A stretch of 64,000 nt of DNA from Candidatus Bathyarchaeia archaeon (GCA_050013255.1 JBEKFP010000001.1:672001-736000); one strand, 5' to 3'; positions 9,743 through 18,912 are shown, counted from the stretch's first letter. A program made the numbers and translations. The notes: generated by a model from the sequence alone, not told the origin.

Positions 9743-9768
9743 GTGTGTGCGCACCATTAGACCCACAC
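9743..9768 (+). repeat. dispersed repeat, reference copy
   Basis: GTGTGTGCGCACCATTAGACCCACAC. Confidence 0.9.
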
Positions 9769-9854
9769 AGATGAAAACTGCACGATGCAAAAGTGGGTTC
9801 TGTTAAGAACTAGCGTGTTGGTTGACCGTTAAGCATCGGGGTGTTGAGGGTATC

Positions 9855-10205
9855 ATGTCTCAAGTTCCGTTGTATAAGGCTCTGTCAAAAATCGAAGGGT
9901 TCGGAGCGTTTGCCTCACGGCGAATAGAGAAAGAATCTCAAATTGCGGTTTGGGATGGACCTTATGCCCACGAACTGCCGAATGATGCTTCTGCGAAATA
10001 CTACTTGTATGTTAGACCGCATGTATATCTCGTAGGCTTCGGTGGGGATTACCCCGAATCTTTCATCAATCATTCCTGCAATCCGAATAGCAAAATCGTT
10101 TGGAACGGTGATATAGCGATTCTTGTTGCAATACGTGATATTGAACAGAACGAAGAGGTTACATTCGATTATGGGTCTGCAAGTTCATTATCGCCCGAGG
10201 GTTAG
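9855..10205 (+). CDS. SET-domain lysine methyltransferase
   Basis: GFGAFA, FINHSCNPN, EEVTFDY. Confidence 0.85.
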   Translation: MSQVPLYKALSKIEGFGAFASRRIEKESQIAVWDGPYAHELPNDASAKYYLYVRPHVYLVGFGGDYPESFINHSCNPNSKIVWNGDIAILVAIRDIEQNEEVTFDYGSASSLSPEG

Positions 10206-10291
10206 CAAGGATACCGAACACCCATCAACTTAACAGACCCCAAAAGTGTTAGTCATATATAGTGTTGAGTTTGATTAGGGCGGGATGCATT

Positions 10292-10585
10292 ATGCCTGTT
10301 GTTATGATAATGAATTGGAAAGGCCTCACCCGCGAACAGTATGAGGCCATGAGGAAACCCATCAACTGGGAAGGAAACGTACCCAAAGGGCTGCGATTCC
10401 ACGTAGCGGCGTTCGACGCGAACGGGGCACACGTCACCGATATCTGGGACACCGCCGATAACTTCAACGACTTCGTCAAGAGCAGGCTTATGCCAGGCGT
10501 GAAACAGCTCGGGTTTAAAGGCGAACCTCAGGTAGAAATCTACCCAACCCACGCCATCTTCACACCCGCCTACAACCCAAAGTAA
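10292..10585 (+). CDS. small alpha/beta-barrel (ABM-like) hypothetical protein
   Basis: PKGLRFHVA...VTDIWDT...F pattern. Confidence 0.6.
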   Translation: MPVVMIMNWKGLTREQYEAMRKPINWEGNVPKGLRFHVAAFDANGAHVTDIWDTADNFNDFVKSRLMPGVKQLGFKGEPQVEIYPTHAIFTPAYNPK

Positions 10586-10794
10586 GAACCCGAAGCTTCA
10601 GTGGGCGCCCCTAGCGTCAAGCTAAGTGTTCCCTCCCGGCGTACGGCTTCTAGCATCGTGTGATCACAGATCTCGCGGCCTGCGCTCCGGAAGGTCGTCC
10701 GTTCAATGTCCAACGCGAATTACGTTAGAAACGTAGCGGCTCGTTAAGAGTATGTAGTTCTAGTGGTGTTCATAATTTGAACTGCCATTTTCAT

Positions 10795-10820
10795 GTGTGT
10801 GCGCACCATTAGAGGCACAC
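10795..10820 (+). repeat. dispersed repeat copy
   Basis: GTGTGTGCGCACCATTAGAGGCACAC. Confidence 0.9.
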
Positions 10821-10884
10821 CACACGAAAAGACAGAAATGCGATCCATCGTATGGAGTACTGGGACGTCACCGGTTACAGATGA

Positions 10885-11304
10885 ATGATAACAGTCTCAG
10901 AATCCCTTGGCATCAGGGCCACAGCTGACAAAGTATGGGCCATCGTAAGAGATTTTGAGCATGTGAACCGTTGGGTCATTGATCTGGCGTCATCGGTACC
11001 TGAAGGTGAAGGCGTTGGAATGCTAAGGCATCTCATTCAAAGGGACGGGGCTCGAGTTCTTGAGCGTCTCGACTTGCTGGACGAATCCACCAAGACAATT
11101 GAATATCATATCGTGCAGTCGGACCTACCGTTCACTACCTATCGCTCAAGCATCAAAGTCAGGAGCACGGGTCCGGATTCTTGCGAGGTACTCTGGACAA
11201 GTGCCTTCGAACCGAAAGGAATAGACATCGACCAGATTTTGCAAACCCTCAAGACAAATTACCTGAGATATCTTGAAAGCCTCAGAAAGCTAACTTTAGC
11301 TTAG
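10885..11304 (+). CDS. SRPBCC/polyketide-cyclase-like protein
   Basis: ADKVWAIVRDF...W, GEGVGMLR, ERL. Confidence 0.8.
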   Translation: MITVSESLGIRATADKVWAIVRDFEHVNRWVIDLASSVPEGEGVGMLRHLIQRDGARVLERLDLLDESTKTIEYHIVQSDLPFTTYRSSIKVRSTGPDSCEVLWTSAFEPKGIDIDQILQTLKTNYLRYLESLRKLTLA

Positions 11305-11641
11305 ATAGAAGCGTGAGTTGCCTGATAGCCACAAAAATCGTTTGGAAGGAAAGAGGAACCATCTTAGTGTGGTTAGGCATTCTTCGACTTGTGTGAATTC
11401 GACAACCGAAGCGGCAATTGGAGCTATAGGGGAAAACAAAGTTGATGGCACTATCATCTAATACAGATGGAGCATAAGAAAGAGCTGCTCCGATTCCAAT
11501 TAATGGAAGCTCACAGCCATGGAACCAAGAGGACTTTGAAATCGAGGAGCTCATTCACGCGGGTAAGATCATTGTGATGGATGGAAAGAAGTGAAGGATC
11601 AGATCTACCGGCTGGAAAAGAATATCATGATTTAGTCGGCC

Positions 11642-11697
11642 GTCGCAACTTGAACCGTCGTCCGTCGTCGTTAGTAAAAGTGTATGTGGACGCATGA
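11642..11697. repeat. inverted copy of 7309-7350 plus degenerate repeat end
   Basis: TTGAACCGTCGTCCGTCGT(CGT)TAGTAAAAGTGT is the reverse complement of 7312-7342 with a 3-nt insertion. Confidence 0.8.
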
Positions 11698-11710
11698 TTC
11701 TAGCGGCTCG

Positions 11711-12175
11711 TCACGCCTGACGCATTGTTTGTAATTGTGCCGCTCGTTGTCTGAGAGCTACACTCATCTTGTCAAATTCATCTTTTGTGTTCTTTATTGT
11801 CTTTGACAGAAATGGTAGGAAAAGGCCGCTGAATTTCTCGCTTTGTACAAAGAGCACTCTCTCGCCACCCTGATTGTCTGAAATGGGTTTTATTTCAAAG
11901 ACATGTTCGCCATCGAACAGTCCGGGAATCCACAATTGCCCCTTCCAACGAAGTTCATGGCCCGGTTCCGCTACAAGTAATCTCACCGTGAATGAGGCTC
12001 CCTTACCGCTTTCAGTTCCCATGTAAACCTTCAACTTCGACCCTAAGCGGCGATCTTTGACTGCCTCCCGTATTTCACCTGGGACAAAGCCTGGGGAGCC
12101 GATTAGAAGCTGCCACACCTTATCAGGCGAAGAACCAATCTCTATTTCAGATCGGATCTCTTTCATTTTTCTCAC
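11711..12175 (-). CDS. SRPBCC-domain protein
   Basis: SPDKVWQLL, ELRWKG.LWIPGLFDGEH.F, QSEKFSG. Confidence 0.8.
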   Translation of the reverse strand: MRKMKEIRSEIEIGSSPDKVWQLLIGSPGFVPGEIREAVKDRRLGSKLKVYMGTESGKGASFTVRLLVAEPGHELRWKGQLWIPGLFDGEHVFEIKPISDNQGGERVLFVQSEKFSGLFLPFLSKTIKNTKDEFDKMSVALRQRAAQLQTMRQA

Positions 12176-12223
12176 TCATCCCTTCCGAATACGAATGCTA
12201 CTCATGAGATCGCACTAAGTAAT

Positions 12224-12514
12224 TTAGAGGGAGGGATGAGTTGGTTCGCCAGGGTGTCGGCGCGGGCTAAGAGCCCGAGTGATGAAGGCAAGCTTCCACA
12301 CGCGGGTGGCAAAGGTGAAGCATTTCCGATGCATTGGAGCTTCCATGACATCGCCAATGCGCCAGCTTGACGAAGTGAAGCCCAATGCTCTAGCTGAATC
12401 CAACAGCTTCTGCTGGCCATGGGTAATCTTCAGCCTCAACGACTTCGACCGACCGCGAATAATCGCCCCACAACCTACACAATGAACCTTGACCTTCTTC
12501 GACATAGCTTTCAC
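12224..12514 (-). CDS. small basic putative Zn-binding protein
   Basis: CVGC and HRKC; abuts the cysS-like gene. Confidence 0.5.
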   Translation of the reverse strand: MKAMSKKVKVHCVGCGAIIRGRSKSLRLKITHGQQKLLDSARALGFTSSSWRIGDVMEAPMHRKCFTFATRVWKLAFITRALSPRRHPGEPTHPSL

Positions 12515-12515
12515 T

Positions 12516-13745
12516 TCATTTTGCTGGTGAATACTGGGGTAGTATGCCGAATACGTTTGCCATTCTTTGAAAGGTAGCTTCCGCGGCCAGTTTTGCTTCC
12601 TGGTTCACTCGCAAACTTGACAAGTTCTTTGCGAGCGCCTTCAGGACGCTGAGGGCTTTGGGCGTGTCGAAGTCGTTGTCCATGTTGCGTTTGAACGCCG
12701 ATTCAGATTTTTCGAGTAGGACCTGGAGTTTTCTCTCCTGTTTCGGGTTGGTGGGTGGTGGGGCTGTCGTGAAAGCTTGAAGGTTTTTGTTTATGGCAGT
12801 CAGTTCGGCCGTGGCCTTCCTGAGTCTGGTTACGGAGAGGACCATGGGTTGCCTGTAATGGAATGAGGCAAAGTAAAACCTCAGTGTGGGGACACCGTAT
12901 TCTTTGGTGGCGTCGCGTATGCGTACCACGTTGCCTAATGATTTGCTCATCTTGCGCCCTTCCACACTCAACAAACCCGTATGAAACCAGTACCGCACGA
13001 AGGGGGCCTTGCCGGTCAAGGCTTCGGCTTGCGCTATCTCGGCTTCGTGGTGGGGGAAAATGAGTTCTGAGGCGCCGCCATGCATGTCGTAGGTTTCCCC
13101 GAAATGCGCCATCGAAACCGCCGTATCCTCAATGTGCCAGCCCGGCCTCCCATAACCCCACGGGGAGTCCCAACCTAGGCCCTTCTCGTATTTCCTCCAT
13201 AACGAGAAGTCTTCGGGGCTGCGCTTCGAGGAGCACAATTCAAGGCGCCTCAAACCGAGCTCTTCATGGCTCTGTCCGGAGAGTTCGCCGAACCTTGGAA
13301 ACTTGGTCACTTGGAAGTATACGCCGGTCTCAGTCTCGTACGCCACCCCCTTCTTGACCAATCCCGCCACTTGGGCGATCATTTGTGGAATGTAGTCGGA
13401 GGCTCTCTCGTACTGGTCCACGCTAGTTATGCCTAGGCTTTGCATGTCTTCTAGAAAAGCTGCTTGATATTGACGCGCCAAGTCGAGCGGGTCCCTTTTG
13501 AGTTCCTCCGCTCGCTGCACAACACGCTCCGCCACGTCCGTGACATTCATCAAATAACGCACCCGATACCCCGAATACTTCAGGTAACGGACGATTGTGT
13601 CAAAGGCCAAATACGTCCTAGCGTGGCCTAGGTGAAGGTAATCATAGACGGTTGGCCCACAGACAAAGAACTTCACATCCCTGTCCATGGAAGCTGTGAA
13701 AAGCTCCTTACGGCGGGACAATGAATTATACACTCTGAGCGGCAT
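12516..13745 (-). CDS. cysS: cysteinyl-tRNA synthetase (class I) or CysRS paralogue, C-terminally short
   Basis: CGPTVYD, HLGH, WDSPWG.GRPGWHIE, FPHHE, KMSKSLGN; 409 aa. Confidence 0.8.
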   Translation of the reverse strand: MPLRVYNSLSRRKELFTASMDRDVKFFVCGPTVYDYLHLGHARTYLAFDTIVRYLKYSGYRVRYLMNVTDVAERVVQRAEELKRDPLDLARQYQAAFLEDMQSLGITSVDQYERASDYIPQMIAQVAGLVKKGVAYETETGVYFQVTKFPRFGELSGQSHEELGLRRLELCSSKRSPEDFSLWRKYEKGLGWDSPWGYGRPGWHIEDTAVSMAHFGETYDMHGGASELIFPHHEAEIAQAEALTGKAPFVRYWFHTGLLSVEGRKMSKSLGNVVRIRDATKEYGVPTLRFYFASFHYRQPMVLSVTRLRKATAELTAINKNLQAFTTAPPPTNPKQERKLQVLLEKSESAFKRNMDNDFDTPKALSVLKALAKNLSSLRVNQEAKLAAEATFQRMANVFGILPQYSPAK

Positions 13746-14157
13746 CCCCCAATCTTAACCTCCCTTACCGGTGCACCTGTTTTGCCTAACTCGGAACTGT
13801 CAAGTTGTCGTCTGCTAATTACTTTCATGCGCCTATTCGCCTAATATGCGGCCGCAACCACAGAGAGAGGAGTCATCAGTCGATGAAGACTTGACAGAAC
13901 CCCTAACTCCTACCTTAGCCACTTGCCGCCCTGCGCTGCCTAGAATCCAGCTAGAGCCCAGTAAATACCCCTCGGTCATAGGCCCGGCTAACCCATCGAA
14001 TAGCCGTCACCTGCCGTCCAGAGACCCGCATACTTCCCTAACAGGATGCTCAATTGTATGTTCTTAGGCGCTCAATTGCCATGCTCTGGAAACCCTACGG
14101 TTGAAAGAGGGCCATTTGACCCTCAAACATGAACGGTTCCTAGAACTGGCTTGATTG

Positions 14158-14394
14158 CTAGCTAGGCGCGCGGGGTTTCTTCGGTTGAACGATGTAGTAG
14201 TTTTCGTCCACATCAATTTCCAGATCGGGCACGAAAGACAGGACGAACTCGATTAGTTCATCCATGCTGCGCTTACGCCTCTCTTTCAACTGGAGAAAGC
14301 CTTGAAGGCTTACCAATCGCTCGTACATGTCGGAGCTAATCTTTATGCTGCGGCTCAAGCGCCTTTTCTTACCAGGTTCGAAGATTCTTGACAC
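14158..14394 (-). CDS. small ribbon-helix-helix-like DNA-binding protein
   Basis: RSIKISSDMYERL...SMDELIEFVL pattern. Confidence 0.5.
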   Translation of the reverse strand: MSRIFEPGKKRRLSRSIKISSDMYERLVSLQGFLQLKERRKRSMDELIEFVLSFVPDLEIDVDENYYIVQPKKPRAPS

Positions 14395-14529
14395 TAGTTC
14401 TCCCTAGTAGAAATGTGGAACATTCGGCATTTATGATTTTTCCTCCAAGCCCCGTTATATACAAGAAAGGGGGTAAGGGAGGTTTACTGGATTATTGTGG
14501 AGACTATGATTCGCGGAGGTGAATAGAAG

Positions 14530-14604
14530 TTGGCAAAGAAACGCAAGGTTAAGATGAAGCTAGAGGGCCGTGAGGCACGGGATACTACAGAATACGTAGC
14601 ATAA
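14530..14604 (+). CDS. unannotated 24-aa peptide MAKKRKVKMKLEGREARDTTEYVA
   Basis: SD GGAGGTGA at 14515-14522, TTG at 14530, TAA at 14602-14604. Confidence 0.55.
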   Translation: MAKKRKVKMKLEGREARDTTEYVA

Positions 14605-14672
14605 ATCCGCTAAAGCGGGTTCTGCTAGCCGGTTCCACTGGAACTGGCCTGTTCTCCTTTTTGTATTTTCTT
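14605..14672 (+). terminator. two hairpins followed by T-rich tract
   Basis: ATCCGC-TAAA-GCGGGT, GCCGGTTCC-ACT-GGAACTGGC, then CCTTTTTGTATTTTCTT. Confidence 0.6.
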
Positions 14673-14790
14673 AATCTATGGGCTATTCTTGTGTTAACTC
14701 AAACGACACGAGGCCGTGCTGTTTGGCTGAATGGATAATGTCTTAAGCAAAATCGGGCGTACGTGGGGGAACACGCGTTGTGTTCGCCTC

Positions 14791-15561
14791 ATGCTGGAAT
14801 TAGTTGAAGGCCGTATAGCACAATTAGCCCTCCTAATCATTGTGCTTGCCGCGATTTACGGACTATCAAGAATTGCCCAAAAAAGGCAAATGAAGACTCG
14901 CGGGATCCCCGGCCTCGAAAGAATCGACGAATGGATAAAGGAAGCTGGAAAACTGGGCCGTAGCGTCTTCTACACGCCTGGAACAGGAGGCGTCACCTCG
15001 TCAGACACCTTGGCAGGATTGGCTCTGTTGGACTACGTGGCGAAACATTGTGTTGAACATGGCACTCCGCTGATCGTTGCAACCGCCGACGTGAACGTAC
15101 AGCAAGTTTCAGAAGATATCGTGAAAAGCGCCTATACTGCGGCGGGCAAAGGAAAAGAGTTCACGGCTGAGACCGTCCGATATATATCTGGTAGGCAGTT
15201 CGCCTATGCTGCCGGCGTGATGGGCATTCTTCGGCGGGAAAAACCAGCAGTCAACTTCTTCGTTGGCGATTTCTCAGCGGAGGCACTGGAAATTGCTGAG
15301 GCTGGCCGAAGCGAAGCAATATACCAGTTCGGTGGGACCTCCAATGTTGACCAGTTACCTTACTTCATGGCGACTTGTGACCAAACTCTGATCGGCGCAG
15401 AATTGTATACGGCTCAAGGTTTCCTTTCTGCTGACCCAGAGGCAACATCAACTTTAGTTGGGCCCGACGCAGGTAAAGTACTAGCCATACTCCTCATACT
15501 CTTAGGAGCATTCCTCCTCACCTTTGGTAATTCCATCCTAGTCGACCTATTGCAACTCTGA
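14791..15561 (+). CDS. DUF6754-like membrane protein
   Basis: IPGLERIDE...GRSVFYTPG, QFAYAAGVMG, QLPYFMATCD.TLIGAELY; N- and C-terminal TMs. Confidence 0.7.
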   Translation: MLELVEGRIAQLALLIIVLAAIYGLSRIAQKRQMKTRGIPGLERIDEWIKEAGKLGRSVFYTPGTGGVTSSDTLAGLALLDYVAKHCVEHGTPLIVATADVNVQQVSEDIVKSAYTAAGKGKEFTAETVRYISGRQFAYAAGVMGILRREKPAVNFFVGDFSAEALEIAEAGRSEAIYQFGGTSNVDQLPYFMATCDQTLIGAELYTAQGFLSADPEATSTLVGPDAGKVLAILLILLGAFLLTFGNSILVDLLQL

Positions 15562-15570
15562 GGAAATGAA

Positions 15571-16263
15571 ATGAGCGCAAAGAAACGGAAAATGACTCGG
15601 GGAGAATTGATTCTCCAGATACTTATTTTCTCGTTGGGATTCTTCTACGCGTTCGTCTATTACGTGAATGTCTCCACACCGGTTGACTTGCAGGCCGTTT
15701 CAGACCAGCTCTTTGCATACTTGACTGCGATGCTAACTGCAGCATTCGCTATAGGAATCATCAACCTAACGCGGGTCCACGTGAATAACGTCAAGCTGAA
15801 ACGCCCCGTCTGGAGGTACAGCATCGTCCTGATCATAAGCCTCTACGGCATGGCGATCATTAGCATGATTTCCTCTCCCTTCGCAATAGACCCTACAGGG
15901 GCCGTCATACCTGCCGGGCTCATTGACGCCGTGACCCCAATCTGGGAATTCTTATACTACAAGATCTTAGTTACCATAAACTCCAGCATCTTTTCACTAT
16001 TAGCCTTCTTCATCGCCTCAGCCGCCTACAGGGCTTTCAAAGCGAGAACCTTGGAGTCAACCATACTCTTGGCAGCGGGCTTGCTCGTCGTGTTGGGCCA
16101 GGCGCCAATAATGGACCTAGTTTGGCCGGGTTTCAGCGCGATACGTTCCTGGATTTTGTTGTTTCCAAACACCGGGGGTCAGAGGGGGATATTGATTGGA
16201 GCTGCCCTTGGCATACTCGCGTTCAGTGTTCGAAGATTGATTCGTTACCCGTGGGGAAGATAG
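15571..16263 (+). CDS. polytopic membrane protein of the DUF6754-like operon
   Basis: FSLLAFFIASAAYRAFKAR, PNTGGQRGILIGAALG. Confidence 0.75.
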   Translation: MSAKKRKMTRGELILQILIFSLGFFYAFVYYVNVSTPVDLQAVSDQLFAYLTAMLTAAFAIGIINLTRVHVNNVKLKRPVWRYSIVLIISLYGMAIISMISSPFAIDPTGAVIPAGLIDAVTPIWEFLYYKILVTINSSIFSLLAFFIASAAYRAFKARTLESTILLAAGLLVVLGQAPIMDLVWPGFSAIRSWILLFPNTGGQRGILIGAALGILAFSVRRLIRYPWGR

Positions 16264-17094
16264 ATGAACCCATCAAACTTACGGTCCGACCCCAGGCTGA
16301 TCTACTTGCTACTGATTTTGGTCATTACCGTTCCAATACTCACGCATTCTGTCCTGCCTGTTCCTGTAAGCTCAACCACGCAAGCTCTATACGATTTCAT
16401 CGAGAAGCTGCCTGCTAATAGCCTCGTGGTAGTCAGTTTTGATTATCCGACCAGCGTCGTTCCCGAGCTGCATCCCCAAGCCATAGTTGTTACGCAGCAT
16501 CTTTTCATGCGACCGCTGAAAGTTCTTTTTGTGGCGCAGTATCAAGACGGGCCGGCATTAGCCGATGCGGTTCTCGATGCAATCGATAAAGGAAACAAAA
16601 CATATGGTGTAGATTACGCAACGCTTGGTTTCATTCCGAATACAGCCACGTTCATTGGAATGATTACTAACATCCCCCAATTCTTCCCTGTTGACACGCA
16701 TGGCAACCCAGTGAACACTCTTCCAATTGTCAAGGAGTTCCCGGCCGGCAAGCAAGCCGCGCTAGTCATCACTTTTTCCGCAGGTGAACCAGGTTTGTTG
16801 GATTACTTGCAATATTGGCAGAGTAGTTTCAACATTCCAGTAGCGGTCGGCGCCACAGCTTCCAACGCTCCGGGTTACCTGCCCTTCTATAATTCCGGCC
16901 AGCTCGTTGGGATCCTAATCAGCATTCGTGGGGCGGCGGAGTATGAAATTCTAATTCACAGAATGGGAATAAGCGGCGCGACCTCAGCCATGGTCGCCCA
17001 GTCAACGTCCCACCTTCTGATAGTTGTCATGGTAGTGTTCGGCAATGTTGCCTATTTCGTTGAGAGAGGCAGAAAGAAGGGGGTTGCCAAGTAA
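16264..17094 (+). CDS. membrane protein with large soluble domain, DUF6754-like operon
   Basis: SFDYP...ELHPQ, YGVDYATLGF, SGQLVG...GAAEYE; abuts neighbours. Confidence 0.75.
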   Translation: MNPSNLRSDPRLIYLLLILVITVPILTHSVLPVPVSSTTQALYDFIEKLPANSLVVVSFDYPTSVVPELHPQAIVVTQHLFMRPLKVLFVAQYQDGPALADAVLDAIDKGNKTYGVDYATLGFIPNTATFIGMITNIPQFFPVDTHGNPVNTLPIVKEFPAGKQAALVITFSAGEPGLLDYLQYWQSSFNIPVAVGATASNAPGYLPFYNSGQLVGILISIRGAAEYEILIHRMGISGATSAMVAQSTSHLLIVVMVVFGNVAYFVERGRKKGVAK

Positions 17095-17859
17095 ATGGTG
17101 AACATAATAGACGTCCTTAGCATTTGGGTGGCCGTCTTTGTGACGTTGATGGTCCTTAGCTTTCTGTACAAAGAGAACCCATTTTTCCGATTAACAGAAT
17201 ACGTTTTCATCGGTTTGAGTAGCGGGTATGGGTTCGCCGCGGCGTTGCGCCTCTTCCTCAACCAAGCCATAAACCCCATCGTAAGCGGCAGCCTGGACTT
17301 CATAGTCCCAGTCGTTTTGGGCTCATTCTTCTACGCACAATTCACGAAGAAGTATTCGCTACTTTACCGCCTTCCGTTGAGTTTGGCGATCGGTTACGGT
17401 TTGGGCGTAACCATCTGGAGTGTAATGCAGGCCTATTTCGTCAGGCAGATCGAGGCCACGATGCTTCCGCTCTTCACCGGAAACTTGTTGACTACAGTAG
17501 ATAACTTGGTTCTGGTCGTGGGCACCATCCTGTCACTATCCTACTTCATCTTATCACGCGAGCAGACGGGAAGTTGGGGGACCATAACGAGGATTGGAAA
17601 ATACTTCATACTAATTACGCTTGGCGCCGTTTTCGGTAGCACGGTCCTGGGAAGAATGCAGATCATAATTCAACGCATTCAGTTCCTAACGGGTGACCCA
17701 GCCTTTCCTTGGCTCGCACTAAAAATGGGAACTGCGGAAGCGGGAACCTTTGCGCCCTTTGCAATCTTGGTGTTCCTGGTGGTTTTCGGTTTCTACCTTT
17801 TCAGGGAACGAAGGAGCAATGCAAACGGTGAAGCGAAGCCCAGACGGGTTAAGGCTTAG
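17095..17859 (+). CDS. polytopic membrane protein, DUF6754-like operon
   Basis: SFLYKENPFFRLTEYVFIG, FGSTVLGRM. Confidence 0.75.
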   Translation: MVNIIDVLSIWVAVFVTLMVLSFLYKENPFFRLTEYVFIGLSSGYGFAAALRLFLNQAINPIVSGSLDFIVPVVLGSFFYAQFTKKYSLLYRLPLSLAIGYGLGVTIWSVMQAYFVRQIEATMLPLFTGNLLTTVDNLVLVVGTILSLSYFILSREQTGSWGTITRIGKYFILITLGAVFGSTVLGRMQIIIQRIQFLTGDPAFPWLALKMGTAEAGTFAPFAILVFLVVFGFYLFRERRSNANGEAKPRRVKA

Positions 17860-18127
17860 ATTTCGATAGCTCCTCGATTCGTTCTATTATTCTACCGACA
17901 TTCTCTTTCTTCATGAACAGACCTGTGTACTTTGGTCCCTGCAGCTCGAATAACCATTCCAGGGGTCCCAGCGCTACGATTGCAAGCTGGGACGCGATGA
18001 AGGAGAGCGGCCGCGTGGCCTCCAGGAACATGATTGCGGGTGATTCAAGCCCCTTATCCACGACGAGTTTGGCGATGTTGTTGATTAGCTTCCGTTCTTC
18101 TTCCTCGGTCAGGTCGAACTCAGACAT
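17849..18127 (-). CDS. conserved hypothetical protein
   Basis: GLESPAIMFLEATRPLSF; follows the KaiC-like gene. Confidence 0.65.
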   Translation of the reverse strand: MSEFDLTEEEERKLINNIAKLVVDKGLESPAIMFLEATRPLSFIASQLAIVALGPLEWLFELQGPKYTGLFMKKENVGRIIERIEELSKSKP

Positions 18128-18147
18128 AGGCGGTTGATCTTCTAGGC

Positions 18148-18912
18148 TTAGACGGAGCGGAAGACGGTTTCCTCAGGGTAAACTTCGATGCCCTCGGCGG
18201 TTATCCTGTACGGGCACAACCTATCGGTGTGTTTAGCCCCACGCATCTTCCTAACCTCCAAGGCTTTCACGTTCGACTCTTCCACTCTGTACATGTGAAG
18301 AACGATAACTCCCTGCGCGAGGAAGGCCTCGGCACCGAACCTTGTCATATCCTGCCTGTCCTCTGGGTTCTCCGCAAGCATTATCGTTGTGAGGTCCATT
18401 TCCGTTAGGTCTTTGATTAGGTGCAGTGTCTGTTGGCGTATCTCGAAGTCGTCTTTGTACTGCAACGTGAGCGCTGAAATTGAGTCTATGACGCAACGCT
18501 TCGCGTCCACCTTCTTCTTGACTTCCTTTATTGCCGCTATAACTTCATCTAGCTTGAATTTCTCAGCACCCAAGAAATTCTGCCCAAGCGAAGGAGGAAC
18601 GAAAGTGGTGGTTTTAATTGCACGCTTGATTGGTGAAACATCAACGAAAGCGAGTTTGCCCTGCTTCTCCGCGTCGGAAATTTTCCACCCATACCGTTCA
18701 CTATTGAAAGTGATGGAGTAGGGAGGTTCATCAAACGTAACGTACATCCCATTCTCCCCGTAATCGCTAAGTCCCTTGTACAGGTATTGCACGCCAAAGG
18801 TCGTCTTACCTGTCCCTGGTCCTCCGAGCAACAGGAAGCCGTAACCCCGCGGTAGGCCACCTTCGATAAGTTCATCCAATCCCTTAATTCCGGTCTTAAC
18901 TCTCTCACTCAT
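18148..18912 (-). CDS. KaiC-like/RAD55 RecA-superfamily ATPase
   Basis: VKTGIKGLDELIEGG, Walker A GGPGTGKT, VIDS, VRKMRG. Confidence 0.9.
   Translation of the reverse strand: MSERVKTGIKGLDELIEGGLPRGYGFLLLGGPGTGKTTFGVQYLYKGLSDYGENGMYVTFDEPPYSITFNSERYGWKISDAEKQGKLAFVDVSPIKRAIKTTTFVPPSLGQNFLGAEKFKLDEVIAAIKEVKKKVDAKRCVIDSISALTLQYKDDFEIRQQTLHLIKDLTEMDLTTIMLAENPEDRQDMTRFGAEAFLAQGVIVLHMYRVEESNVKALEVRKMRGAKHTDRLCPYRITAEGIEVYPEETVFRSV

Noticed and set aside
10620-10720. tRNA-like stretch (CCGGAAGGTCGTCCGTTCAA)
   Set aside because: No cloverleaf or acceptor stem could be built
7288-10820. CRISPR array or integron attC array
   Set aside because: Irregular kb-scale spacing, mixed orientation, no cas or intI gene, and no RYYYAAC/GTTRRRY ends
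13770-14157. RNase P or SRP RNA
   Set aside because: Diagnostic conserved motifs were not found on either strand
14631-14646. ORB-like GTTCCACTGGAAC as a second origin
   Set aside because: Single copy without G-string; better explained as a terminator hairpin
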